Numbered from the stretch's first letter, positions 24,159 to 36,010 are shown. The stretch: 56,077 nucleotides of DNA from Octopus bimaculoides (GCF_001194135.2 NC_068982.1:30539625-30595701), one strand, 5' to 3'. The notes: generated by a model from the letters alone, not told the origin. Numbers and translations: made by a program.

Positions 24159-24259
24159 ATAACAAAGATTGCCAGGAATCTTGAATACATTGTTGTAAAA
24201 CAATTCCTACATTAGAAACATTCACCTGTTGAGAAAATAATGAAAAGTTTTGTAAAGAA

Positions 24260-24413
24260 AAAAAAAAGTGTTATGATTAAGCTGATGTTTGGAACATAAA
24301 TTCATCTGAAATTTTAATGGAGAATTTTTTATTATGATTGCTTTTAAATGGTACCTTGGTGTTAAAAAGCCAGAAGTGGTTTCAGGCAGCTTTGTCTCAA
24401 AAGGGTTAATCTT
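24260..24413 (-). mobile_element. Partial piggyBac-like MITE (one TTAA|CCC end)
   Basis: Ends AAAAGGG|TTAA; the opposite end is not clearly intact. Confidence 0.4.
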
Positions 24414-25072
24414 GTTAAACAACTATAATTTTTCCAGCATTAAAAGAATGTTCTCAACTTTTTTTTTCTGATTACATAACAATTCAGTTAAAGAGTAAGT
24501 TATTTCATCACAGTCCAGAATATAACGTCTGTAGAAATTCCCTGAGCCAAGAAATACACACAATTTTCATAATGAAGTGGAAATTGGAAAGTCACAACTG
24601 TTGATGATTATTGATACAAGCAAGCACAAAATTCAAACAGTGAGTTGCTTCATGAATAAATCTTCGGAAGAAATTCGCATAAGTCCAGGACCCAAAAGGC
24701 AATCTAATGAATTTATATAGCCCAAAGGGTTCATTAATAGCTATCTTATGAATGTCAATGCTTTTGTTCAGAACTGGATGTGTGCTTAAATAGCTTTAGT
24801 TTAATTGAAACGTTATCACTGCCTGTGCAGCAAGTGAAGGAATTTCAGATGGAAAGAAAGTGGCAAAAAGTGATATTTTTATATATAGGTGTAGGTGTGG
24901 CTGTGTGGTAAAACGTTTATTACCCAACCATATAGTTTTAGGTTCAGTCCCACTACATGGCACTTTGCATGTCTTCTTCTATAGCCCCAGGCTGACCAAA
25001 GCCTTGTGAGTGGATTTGGTAGATAGAAACCGAAAAAAATATTTATTGTGTATGTATGTATGTATGTATGTA

Positions 25073-25405
25073 TGTGAAGGTACATGGCTCAGGGGTTAGA
25101 GCATCAAGCTTATGATTGTGAGGTTGGGAGTTCGATCCCTGGAGCAGATTGCGTGTTGTGCTCTTGAGCAAGATACTTTATTTCACGTTGCTCTAGTTCA
25201 CTCAGCTGTAGAAATGGATTGTGATGCCACTGGTGCCAATCTATATTGGCTTTTGCCTTTCCCTTGGATAACATCAGTGGTATGGAGATGGGAGGCTAGT
25301 ATACATGGGCAGCTGCTGGTCTTCCATAAAAACAACCCTAGGTTGTGCGTTTGCGGGTGAGGCAACTTTCTGTGTACCCATGGTCATTTGTGACCAACGG
25401 ATTCA
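25073..25405 (+). mobile_element. SINE family C, near full length
   Basis: TGGCTCAGGGG A-box-like and GTTCGATCCC B box; the body matches the reverse complement of 28060-28360. Confidence 0.8.
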
Positions 25406-27699
25406 AGTATGTATGTGAGCATGTTTTTGTATAGGTATTACTGTATTCTTTCCTTGACATTGTATGATAGTCATAAGCACTATCATGCAAGTGGTATCCT
25501 TCATTTTCAATCTTTGAGTGTATATCTGGTCACGGGGAAAATATTACCTAAGTTGGAAACAGATGAGTCAGTGACAGTGGGGGCATCCAGTAGCAGAAAA
25601 TCCACCACAACAAATTCCATCCAACCCATGTTAGCATGGAAAAGTGGACAACAAAATGATGATGATGATGACGATGATGATGATGATGACGATGATGATG
25701 AAGATGATGTTATATAAACGTATGTCAGTAAGGAAATGACCAGTTGAAATGTGGCTAAAATACTAGTAAGACAAACACCTAACAAAATATAATTTACCAT
25801 TGTAGAAGAAAAATGCCAGAAACAGCAGTCAAAAGCAGTTATTTACCATGGCTCTATGTTCTGTTATAGGGAAAGACATCAGGTACAGCATTATATCAGT
25901 GTTGATATTGGGGCATAGAAATTATTCTTTAGTCACCAGTTGTCACGTCACCACTTTGATAGTGGAGATGTTGAATCACAAAATTAATGGGTAGCATGAA
26001 GATAGCCATTTTTGTTTTCATTGTAGTGTTACCATTCATGGCTACTTTTTCTTTTTTCTTCTTTTTTTCCCCGTTGTGTTGTTTCTGTCATCAACTTTTA
26101 GTGTAGCTGTGAAGTAGTTAAAGAATAATCAATGATAAACATCATTTGCGTGTTGCATGTTCAATTCACAGAATCCTGCTAAATTGAGTATAATTTTTCA
26201 TTCTGTTTATTTAACTAGGAACATAATGTATTCATTTATTCAGCAGTTGAATAAATATGAGCATTTGAGAATCAACAAATCACAGAACATTTGGTTAATA
26301 AAAATATATGCTGAAGTATAATATGAAGACTGTATGTAATTAATAAATGGGTAATGACCAATTAAATTAAACAAGAATTGATGAGAGAGGTGGGAAACTA
26401 TCACACAGGGAAAAATGACATGACCTGTATAAGCCATGGATAGTTTTGTGTCAAGTCGAATTAACTTGTTTTTTATTACTGTAAGCACAAAAGTTCTAGA
26501 ATTTTGCTTGGTCATTATTACAACTGTTGTCCAATGCTGGCAAATATAAATGTCATAATTCAAAATACACTGTCATCTCACTATAAGTTAACAAAAGTAG
26601 ACTAGTAGATTGCACCATTACAAAATTTAAGCAAAAACCATAAGAAAATCAAAATAAAGAAAATAAATGCCATGCAATAATACAAAATATATATATTGGA
26701 AAAAGCAAACTCATTTGCAGTTATAACACTGGAAATATGGAAATACATAATGAACATTTTCCAAATAGTATCAGTTTCAATTATAGATCATATAGCTTAC
26801 TGCACTGTCAATATTAATCTCTTTCAAATTCCAATTTCCTCGGATTCCTAATTTTATCCTAATATATTAGTACAGTTGGAGCATATTTTATCTTTTCATT
26901 TTTACATCTGTTACAGAATAATCCATCTTAATTTAAAACTGCTGCTTTTTTGATCCCATTTTATTTTTTCTATGCCATCTCATGACAAGATTTTGGTTCA
27001 GTATGCCAAGTTTTATTAAGCACATGCTTAAGATAGATCGCTACAGCAGCATCCAGTTAGTGGACATATATATAATTGAAATATAGTTCATTTTGTGATG
27101 TTTTTTTTTTCTTTCTGCTATGTTTCTTTCAAAGGAAACACTATTATAATTGACCTTAACAAGTTCTTAAAAGGAGCTTATGATACCTGTGGCTGCAGAC
27201 AAAATGTTTCCTGATTAATGCAATGAATTTCTATTCTATGTTCGATGATATATTTAGGCTGAAAGGTGAGTTAAATCAGATAATCTTTCTGTCTTGGTTC
27301 AGCAGTCTACAGCTTAGTGTTTCATTTCTTTTTTATTTTCATGAGAAAACTGGTAATGAAGGTAATGATAGATGGAAGATATAAAGTAATATAATAAAAA
27401 AAAATGAATTAAAGCACCAGCATGACCGCAGCCACTTGGCTGAAACACATAAATAAATAAACTAACCAATGTTATGATGTTGTACCTCTTGCCAAAGAGC
27501 TAGGGTTTCTATCTTGCTTTTACCCTGTTTACTTTTTATTTCCAGGTTAACTTTGATCAAGCAAATCAGATGTAAGCAGATAACCACTCAAATAACAAAA
27601 TGCAATTCCAGGTACATTGTACCAAATATACCAGAGGACCATACACTTTGTTCACACATTACCATATTATCGTTTTCATATCTATTTTTCCATGCTTGC

Positions 27700-27970
27700 C
27701 AAACTGCAAAGTTACGGGGACGTAAACTCACCAGCATTGGTTGTCAAACGATGTTGGGTGGGGGGGGACAAATACAGACACACAAACACACACACATATA
27801 TATACACGTATATATGATGGGCTTCTTTCAGTTGCCGTCTACCAAATCCACTCAGAAGGCTTTGGTCAGCCTGAGGCTATAGTAGAAGACACTTGCCCAA
27901 GATGCCACACAGTGGGACTGAACCCAGAACCATGTGGTTGGGAAGCAAGCTAGTTACCACACAGCCACTC
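27700..27970 (-). mobile_element. SINE family A
   Basis: Reverse-complement match to 1505-1917. Confidence 0.85.
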
Positions 27971-28059
27971 ATGTATGTATATATATTATACATATATGTG
28001 TATATATGTGGGTGTGTAAACACACACACACATACATATATATAGTCAACTATATAAAG

Positions 28060-28360
28060 GTAAAAGGGTAGATCCCCCTTCGGTCATGAATGACCATGGG
28101 ATTGCACCTAGAAAGTTCCCCTCCAAGGCACAAGTCAGGGCAAGACCAGTGGTCACCCATGCATACCAGCCTCCCCTCTCCATGCCACTGATATAATCCA
28201 AAAGAAAGGTGAATGCTGATACAGCTTGGCATCAATGACATTGCAACTCATTTTTACAGCAGAGTGAACTGGAGCAACATGAAATAAAGTGTCTTGCTCA
28301 AGAACACGACGCACAGCCCGGTCCAAAAATTGAACTCACTACCTCATGATTGCGAGCCTG
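28060..28360 (-). mobile_element. SINE family C
   Basis: Reverse complement of 25073-25405. Confidence 0.8.
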
Positions 28361-29359
28361 ATGTTAATTGGATATATATTATGATATTATATATATAATT
28401 AACTTCTTTCAGTTTCCATCAACAAAATCCACCCATAAGTCCTTGGTCAGCCTGGTGCTGTAGAAGACACCCAAGGTGCCACATGATAGGACTGAACCAA
28501 AAACCACATAGTCAACAAGCATACTTCTTAACCAGACAGCCATTTCTGTTTAACCATACCTGCACCTAGACCACATACTGTGCCTTGTTTGCATCACACC
28601 TTTTTTTCTTTGAACAAAGGAATTGATTTGATGAAGATTTGGCTGCTAGTTATTATAAGTGAGTACCTGCTTAGAAGATCTTTTATTGGCTCATTATGTT
28701 GAAATTATGTTATATGATGTTAGTATTTAATGTTTTACAGAACTTTTAAAATGCCATCAAAATAGTTTGTGTTCATCAGCTAATGTTGAGCAAGATGCCA
28801 CAGTCATTGAGATAAAACAGTCTGATGCTCTCTAGGAAGTCACATGTGTTTGATCTCATCTCTCTTCCAAAGACCTAATTGATGAGCAACGTTGATGATA
28901 CCAGCATGCAATTTACCAAGGATTTTTTTTTTCTGTTTAACATTAAAAGTGTTCTATAATTTAAAACTTGAATGAAACACTTGCACAAGATATAATTTTT
29001 ATCAGCTGATCCTTGTTATAAATTCATTAGGATAGTTGCCAGATATTGATGAAATTTCTATTGGACAATTATCATGAATTTGTTGAGGCCAATTGCCAGA
29101 TTCCTATCAGTTTGCTTTATTCCCTCTTGTTATTGACAATATCTTATGGAATATTTTAGGAGGTATCAACAACAGCATTTTAGTCAAAATCAACAGCAGT
29201 ATGGTCACTGAAAACAGCATAAGCTTTCTTCCCAACCACATGGTTCTAGGTTCAATATCAGTTTGTGCAACTTCAGGCAAGCGTTTTCTACTAGAGCCAC
29301 AAGTCAACCAAAGCTTTGTGAGTGGATTTGGTAGATGAAAACTAAGTGAAGACAGTGGC

Positions 29360-29741
29360 CATGCTGGGGCACTGCCTTGAAGAATTCATAGTCAAATGCA
29401 TCGACCCCAGTACTTTTTTTTTTAAGCCTGGTACTTTTTCTATCGATCTCTTTTGCTGAACCATTAAGTTACAGGGACATAAACATATTAACACAAGTCA
29501 TCAAGTGGTAGAAGTGGGGACAAACACAGACATATATACATGCATACATATATATATATATGATAGATCGCTGACCAAAACATTCAATTTTTTTTCTCCG
29601 TGTTTTTCTCCTTGTTTTCTCCATATTCTTTCTGTTGAAGAGCGTAGCTCGAAACTTTCTCTTTTCCCGACCTTTAAACTAATACATCCTTTTGTTGTTT
29701 ACACCACCTGTCCTCGTCTGTTGTTTTTTTCGTAAATTCTC

Positions 29742-29785
<44 letters not shown>

Positions 29786-29945
29786 GATGGTTTTCTTTCA
29801 GTTTCCGTCTACCAAATCCACTCACAAGGCTTTGGTCATCCCAAGGCTATAGTAGAAGACACTTTCCCAAGGTGCCACACAATGGAACTGAATCCCAAAC
29901 CATGTGGTTGAGAAGCAAACTTCTTACCACACAGCCATACCTGCC
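29360..29945 (-). mobile_element. SINE family A interrupted in its (TA)n tract by a Penelope-like element
   Basis: The SINE 3' half ends at about 29540 and the 5' half resumes at about 29784. Confidence 0.8.
29560..29743 (+). mobile_element. ~185-bp Penelope-LTR-like element, copy 1 (hammerhead-like core with the cleavage site deleted)
   Basis: CTGTTGAAGAGCGTAGCTCGAAAC at 29632-29655. Homologous to the reverse complement of 30305-30493 but lacks GTTAAAGAC. Confidence 0.7.
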
Positions 29946-30304
29946 CTTATATATGTATGTGTCTTAGTGCCTGTGTTTGTCCCTCGCCACTGCTTGACAA
30001 CTGGTACTAATGTGTTTATGTCTTCATAAGCTAGCAATTCAGCAAAAGAGACTGATAAAATAAATACCAACGTTATAAAAAATATTGCTGAACAACTCCT
30101 CTGAATCTTGTTCGACTAAAAAATTCTCCAACACAGTGCCCCAGCATGGCCTCAGTCTAATGACTGAAACAAGTAAAGGATAAACCATAACAAATATTTT
30201 CTATTTCTCTTGTATCACACAATTTTATGGGGACATAAACACACCAACACAAGTCGTCAAGTGGTAGAGGAGGGGACAAACACAGACATATATATATATA
30301 AATA

Positions 30305-30493
30305 GGGGGAGAATTCACAAAAAAAAACGAAAGACGAAGACAGGTGGTGTAGACAACAAGCAGATGTATTAGTTTAACGCTCGGGAAATGAAAAAGTCTT
30401 TAACGTTTCGAGCCTACGCTCTTCGACAGAAAGGAACACAGAAAGAAACAAGGTGAGAAAATAAAGAATGTGTAGTGGCTAGTGATCTATCAT
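30305..30493 (-). mobile_element. ~185-bp Penelope-LTR-like element, copy 2
   Basis: Ends ATGATAGATC... and ...AATTCTCCC are the same as in copy 1; flanked by (TA)n. Confidence 0.7.
30398..30433 (-). ncRNA. Minimal type I hammerhead-ribozyme-like motif, non-canonical core (A6U)
   Basis: Minus strand reads CUUU-CUGUCGA-A-GAGC(GUAG)GCUC-GAAAC-GUU-AAAG: 4-bp stem I, 4-bp stem II, palindromic ACGU stem III and a GUU triplet. Activity is untested. Confidence 0.55.
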
Positions 30494-30789
30494 GGTGAAT
30501 GATATATCTATATATATATATATATATATATGATGTGTTTCTTTCAGTTTCCATCTACCAAATCCACTCGCAAGGCTTTGGTCATCCCAAGGCTATAGTA
30601 GAAGACACTTGCCCAAGGTGCCACACAATGGGACTGAGCATGAAACCATGAATAATACTGTAGGATGAATCAATTGACAATGAACAAGTTTTGTATTTTC
30701 AAGTAGATGTACAGAAAGTTTAGAGCCTGTTGTTATCACCTCACTGTTTTGCACTTACCAGTATCTGTTATCTTCTATCTTTTGCTTAT

Positions 30790-31290
30790 TTTATTCACTA
30801 GACTGTAGCCACGCTGGAGCAGCGCCTAGAAGAATTTTAGTCAAACAAATCCACTCCAGAACTTATTTTCTTTAAGCCTGGTACTTATTTTATTTGTCTC
30901 TGAATTACTGAGACATATACATGTCAACACCAGTTGTCAAATGGTAATGTGAGAAAAACATCACACACACACATGTATATATGTATTTATATGACAATCT
31001 TCTTTCAGTTTCTTATTTCTTTATTGCCCACAAGGGGCTAAATATAGAGGGACAAACAAGGATAGATAAAGGGATTAAGTCGATTACATCAACCCCAGTG
31101 TGTAACTGGTACTTAATTTATCAACCCTGAAAGAATGAAAGGTATAGTCGACCTCGGCAGAATTTGAACTCAGAACGTAACGGCAGACGAAATGCCACTA
31201 AATATTTCGCCTGGCGTGCTAATGTTTCTGCCAGCTCGCCGCCTTGTTTCATTTTCAGTTTCTGTCTTACCAAATCCACTCATAAGGCTT
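30790..31290 (-). mobile_element. SINE family A with a nested SINE B variant (about 31010-31247)
   Basis: The A body breaks at TTTCAGTTT(C) and resumes after the B head at TTTCAGTTTCTGTCTTACC. Confidence 0.75.
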
Positions 31291-31605
31291 ATCGGTTATG
31301 ATGATGCGAATTCCAGTTGATCTGATCAACGGAACAGCCTGCTCGTGAAATTAACATGCAAGTGGCTGAGCATTCTGCAGACACGTGTACCCTTAATATA
31401 GTCCTCAGGGAGATTCAGCGTGACACAATGTGACAAGGCCAACCCTTTGAAATACAGGTACAACTCATTTTTGCCAGCTGAGTTGACAGGAGCAATATGA
31501 AATAAAATGTCTTGCTCAAGGATACAACACACCACTGGGAATCGAATTCATGACCTTACAATCGTGAGCTAATTACCCTAACCACTAAGCTATGTACCTT
31601 CACAT
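31290..31605 (-). mobile_element. SINE family C variant with a different 3' body
   Basis: tRNA-like head (reverse complement of ...CCTAACCACTAAGC), the shared C body, then an alternative 3' part. Confidence 0.7.
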
Positions 31606-31632
31606 CTCAGAACTTATTTCTCAAAGTATTAA

Positions 31633-31854
31633 CCATTTAGCATTCAGATTTCCTTGTCAAATCGTATTGCTTGTTTATTCACATTGATTTGAATTAATCA
31701 TGCATTGCCTTGTAATTTTGAGATTTAAATCTTGTGATTATTTATTTTTAGAATAATACCGTAGGGTAAATCTGAGAGGCTGGATCTGACCAGTTTGAAG
31801 ATAAAATAGGTAGATTATTTTGGGTAGATATGGCCAGTAAAAATGCTAAATAGT
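31633..31854. mobile_element. piggyBac-like MITE (TTAA-flanked)
   Basis: TTAA|CCATTTAGCATT ... AATGCTAAATAGT|TTAA, imperfect TIRs. Confidence 0.55.
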
Positions 31855-32419
31855 TTAAACCTGTGAAATCCTGTCTCAGCCCATGTTAGTCTTTTGTAGA
31901 CATGAAGCTAGAAGACAATCAACATGAATATCAAACACCAATCTTAACGGTCTCAGGGGAGGAACACAGATCAGCAAAGGTCATGAGCACCTTCCATTCT
32001 CCTTATTGAATCACATAACAAACACAGAAACACAAAAATAAAGAACGACACATTCCAGTGTTATGTATGATAGGAAAACTAGAAGGAAAGCTGCTGTTTG
32101 GTATACACAATTAAATCTTGTAGTTTCTGCTATGGTGGCTATTTTCGCATTCATTAATTATATGTCTGACTTGCAGTAGGTCAGTAAAAGCGCTTTCTTA
32201 TTGTATGCATGGTTTCATGTTTGGGGAATAGCAGCAAATTGTGTGGTTATATTTAATTTAGTTAGAAGCTCAGGGGAAGACGCTGTTGTGGAGGCTGGTC
32301 ATTTATTATTTGTTTGGCCAGACTGTTTCAGAGCAAGTTATCAGATTCACGGGAAAATTTATTTATTTCATTTTCATTAAAGAGACCTAGTGACTTCCAT
32401 AGAATCCAAACTAATTTTA

Positions 32420-32420
<1 letters not shown>

Positions 32421-32467
<47 letters not shown>

Positions 32468-32737
32468 ATATGTGTGTGTGTGTGTGTGTATGAGTGAGTA
32501 TGCATGTGTGTGTGAGTTTGTATGTGTGTGCTTGTGTGTGTGTGAGTGTATGTATGTGTCTGTTCATGGGTTTGTGTATGTGTGTGTGTGTGTGTTTGTC
32601 TGTATGTGTGTATATGCATGTGTATATGTGCGAGTATGTGTGGGTATTTGCGTGTATATGTGTATATGTGTGTATGTATGTATTTGTTTGCATGTGTGTG
32701 TGTATGTGCATGTGTGTGTGTGTGTGTGTGTGTGTGT
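32421..32737. repeat. (TA)n plus long imperfect (TG)n microsatellite
   Basis: Direct observation; source of the HT/VC-rich spurious ORFs. Confidence 0.95.
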
Positions 32738-32754
32738 TGCCAAAGCTATGGTGA

Positions 32755-33010
32755 TAAAACAAAGAATGCAACCGGCTGATCACATCACGCAACAGGCAAA
32801 TCAGCAGTATGCAAAAGCAACATTGAAGTGGATACCACCATCAAAAAGGAGAAGATGAAGACCACAGACTTCATGGCAGAACTTTCTGCAGAACATGAAA
32901 GACTATCAACAAATGCTGTAAAAACAGATCATGCAACCAATTAAGAACATTAGGGTAGCACTGTCACCCAATGTGCAGACAATCACAGGGTGGATTGACT
33001 GTCTAACTGG
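32755..33010 (+). mobile_element. RTE-clade LINE 3' remnant
   Basis: ADHITQQ....YAKATLKWIPPSKRRR*RPQTSW resembles the RTE WxGHV...KxALxWxP..KRxRGRPxxxW tail. Confidence 0.55.
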
Positions 33011-33195
33011 ACTGCTGATCCAAATACATCAATTAATATTTCTAGTTTTGATTGCTCTTTAATATTGATTTCAAAGACATGAAATGATGCTAAGCATTTT
33101 AATAGGTGTACTAAAAATTCTGCCTTATATTGGGAAATATATTGGTTTCGAATTTTGGCACAAGGCCAACAGTTTCAGGAGATGGTGGTGGTGGT

Positions 33196-33252
33196 NNNNN
33201 NNNNNNNNNNNNNNNNNNNNNNNNNNNNNNNNNNNNNNNNNNNNNNNNNNNN
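33196..33252. other. Assembly gap within a SINE B copy (about 33115-33420, minus strand)
   Basis: Ns flanked by SINE B halves. Confidence 0.9.
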
Positions 33253-33989
33253 TAGTCGATTGCATTGATCCCAGTGCTCAACTGGTACTTATTTTATCGA
33301 CCTCAAAAGGATGAAAGGCAAAGTTGACCTCGGTGGAATTTGAACTCAGAAATATAATGATAGACGAAATGCTTGCTAATCATTTTGCCTGATATGCTAA
33401 CGATTCTGCTATTTTGCTGTGTTATATTGGGAGATATACTGGTTTCAAATTTTGGAACAATGTCAGCAATTTCATGAGGAGGGAGCTAGTCAATTGCATT
33501 AGCCGCAGTACACAACTTCCCAACCACATGGTTTTGGTTTCAGTTGCACTGCAAGGTATCTTGGGCAAGTGTCTTCTACTGTAGCCTTGGATCAGCTAAA
33601 GACTTGTGAGTGGATTTGGTAGACGGAAACTGAAAGAAGCTTGTTATATATATATGTGTGAGTATGTGCATGTGTGTATGTATATGTGTGTGTGTATGCT
33701 GATGCATGTGTGTGTTTGGGTGTATATGTGTGTGTGTTTGTGTGTGTGTGTGTGTTTGTGTGTGTATTGCTCTTGATATTGTGCAATGGTTGTAAGCAAG
33801 ATTCACCATCTTACAAACAGTGTTGCTTGTTTCCAATCTTCTATCATAAACATGTCAAGCCACTGGGAAGTATTACTTTGCTTGGAAACAGGCAAGCAAT
33901 GGTGCCTTGAAGAGCATCAGGCTGTTGAAAATCTGCCATAACAAATTCTGCCTGAACCATGGGAGCATGGAAAAGTGGATGCTAAAAAC

Positions 33990-34019
33990 AATGCTGATAA
34001 TAACGGTGATGATGATGAC

Positions 34020-34074
<55 letters not shown>

Positions 34075-34270
34075 GTGACGATGGTGATGACGATGGTGAT
34101 GATGATGACGATGACAGCAGCAACAATGGCGAGGATGACAACAACAATGGTGGTGCTAACAATGGCGATGACAACAACAACAATGATGATGATGACTATG
34201 TCGACAATGGTGACGATGACCATGACTGGGGGGGGGGAGAATGATGATAATCGTGTCAATGATGATGATA
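33990..34270. repeat. (GAT)n/(AAC)n compound trinucleotide repeat
   Basis: Direct observation; explains the poly-D, poly-M and poly-I ORFs. Confidence 0.95.
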
Positions 34271-35054
34271 TCTGTAAAGAATTTGAAAGACTAAATGAGA
34301 TTTCCAAATACATTTATATGGCATGAACAAAAATCTCACAATAGAATATTACTAAAAATTAGAATATAAGGAATTAAAAAAAAAATTATAAAAGAAGTAC
34401 TTTTTAAAATTTGAATTAAAGTGTTTTCTTTATATGAATTATAGAATTATAGGATTTTTTGTGTTTTTTTTTGTAATAAATATTATAAAATTTTATATCA
34501 CTTTTAATATATTTTAGCTTCGGAACAAAAGAAAAAAGTTGATGTTGTTACACATTAAAACATATACATACAACAGTTTAAATGACACTGAAATGAGAAA
34601 TATATATTTGTGTGTTGAGAGACTACCTTATATTGACCAAAATGATTGATTGACCAACTAGAAATAACAACTAAATCTCCCTCAAATGACACCCTACCAA
34701 TTGCAATGAGGTGAAAGGAGACATGTTAGATAATTGATGTAGTTGTAGATGGCCTTCTTGGCTGAAGTGATTGTACATACAGAATCAGGTTTGAATGAAA
34801 ATCTCGTTGCAGATAAAGAACAATTTGATTTCATCATTCATCATCATTATCATCAATATCAGTCATTTGACTGTGGCCATGCTGGAGCATCACCTCGAAG
34901 CGTTCTAGTTGAACAGATTGATCAAGGACATATTCTTTTTGTAAGCATAGTGCTTATTCTATCAGTCTCTTTTTGCTGAATGGCAAAACTATGGGGACGT
35001 AAACACACCAGCACTGGCTGTCAAGTGGTGCTGAGGGAGACAAACACAGACACA

Positions 35055-35096
<42 letters not shown>

Positions 35097-35097
<1 letters not shown>

Positions 35098-35352
35098 TAC
35101 GCTAGCACCTACCATACAAGCACCGGCAATTTGACCTCTTTGAAAGTCCAATAGATCTGTCATTTTAATGAATTTTGATTACTTTTTTCTAATGATATCT
35201 GAAAAGAAACAGCAATTTTAGCAAAACATATTAAGCAACACTAATAATAAATCAAAAAATATAAAAATAAAGAAGCTTTTGATGGTGTTATAGACATTTC
35301 AAAATTATGATGCTATGATGCGAGGTGTTTCCATCATTTTGTCCAACTCCTG
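35097..35352 (-). mobile_element. Tc1-like transposon 5' end (one TIR plus the first ~21 codons)
   Basis: TA|CAGGAGTTGGACAAAATGATGGAAACACC end and MTDLLDFQRGQIAGACMVGAS (Tc1 N-terminus like MxDLSDFQRGQIVGA). Truncated at a (CA)n/SINE A. Confidence 0.75.
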
Positions 35353-35513
35353 TATGTTATATATATATACATATATATATGTGTGTGTGTGTATATGTAT
35401 ATATATGTATGTGTGTATGTATGTATGTATGTATGTATTATGTATGTATGTATGTATGTATATATATATATATGGTGGTGCATCAGCATGGCCGCAGCTC
35501 TAAGCTGAAACTT

Positions 35514-35561
<48 letters not shown>

Positions 35562-35695
35562 TATATAATATTAATAATTGATTAAGAAAACAGAAGATGG
35601 ATTTGATATTGGTTTTTATTTTGTTAAATGATAGCTTCCTTCCTTCTAAATATATATGAGTGTGTTTGTGTGTGTTTGTGTGTGTGTGTGCGTAT

Positions 35696-35731
<36 letters not shown>

Positions 35732-35783
<52 letters not shown>

Positions 35784-35792
35784 GAATAGATG

Positions 35793-35823
<31 letters not shown>

Positions 35824-35842
35824 GGATAGATAGATGGATAGA

Positions 35843-35879
<37 letters not shown>

Positions 35880-35915
35880 GGACGGACGGACGGACGGACG
35901 GACGGACGGACGGAC

Positions 35916-35953
<38 letters not shown>

Positions 35954-36010
35954 ACGGATGGATGGATGGATGGATAGACTGACGGACTGACAGATAGACA
36001 GATAGGTAGA
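35732..36010. repeat. Graded compound tetranucleotide microsatellite GATA>GACA>GACG>GGCT>GATG
   Basis: Direct observation. Confidence 0.95.

Larger units (their letters stand above)
30225..30650 (-). mobile_element. SINE family A interrupted in its (TA)n tract by a Penelope-like element
   Basis: Same architecture as 29360-29945; shares the variant GTCATCCCAAGG. Confidence 0.8.

Noticed and set aside
32328-32858. HT-rich and VC-rich ORFs
   Set aside because: Translation of (CA)n/(TG)n microsatellite.
33873-34326. Poly-D, poly-M, poly-I and poly-N ORFs (also 47769-48308, 48825-49338, 51987-52292, 53073-53315)
   Set aside because: Trinucleotide repeats that are open in several frames on both strands.
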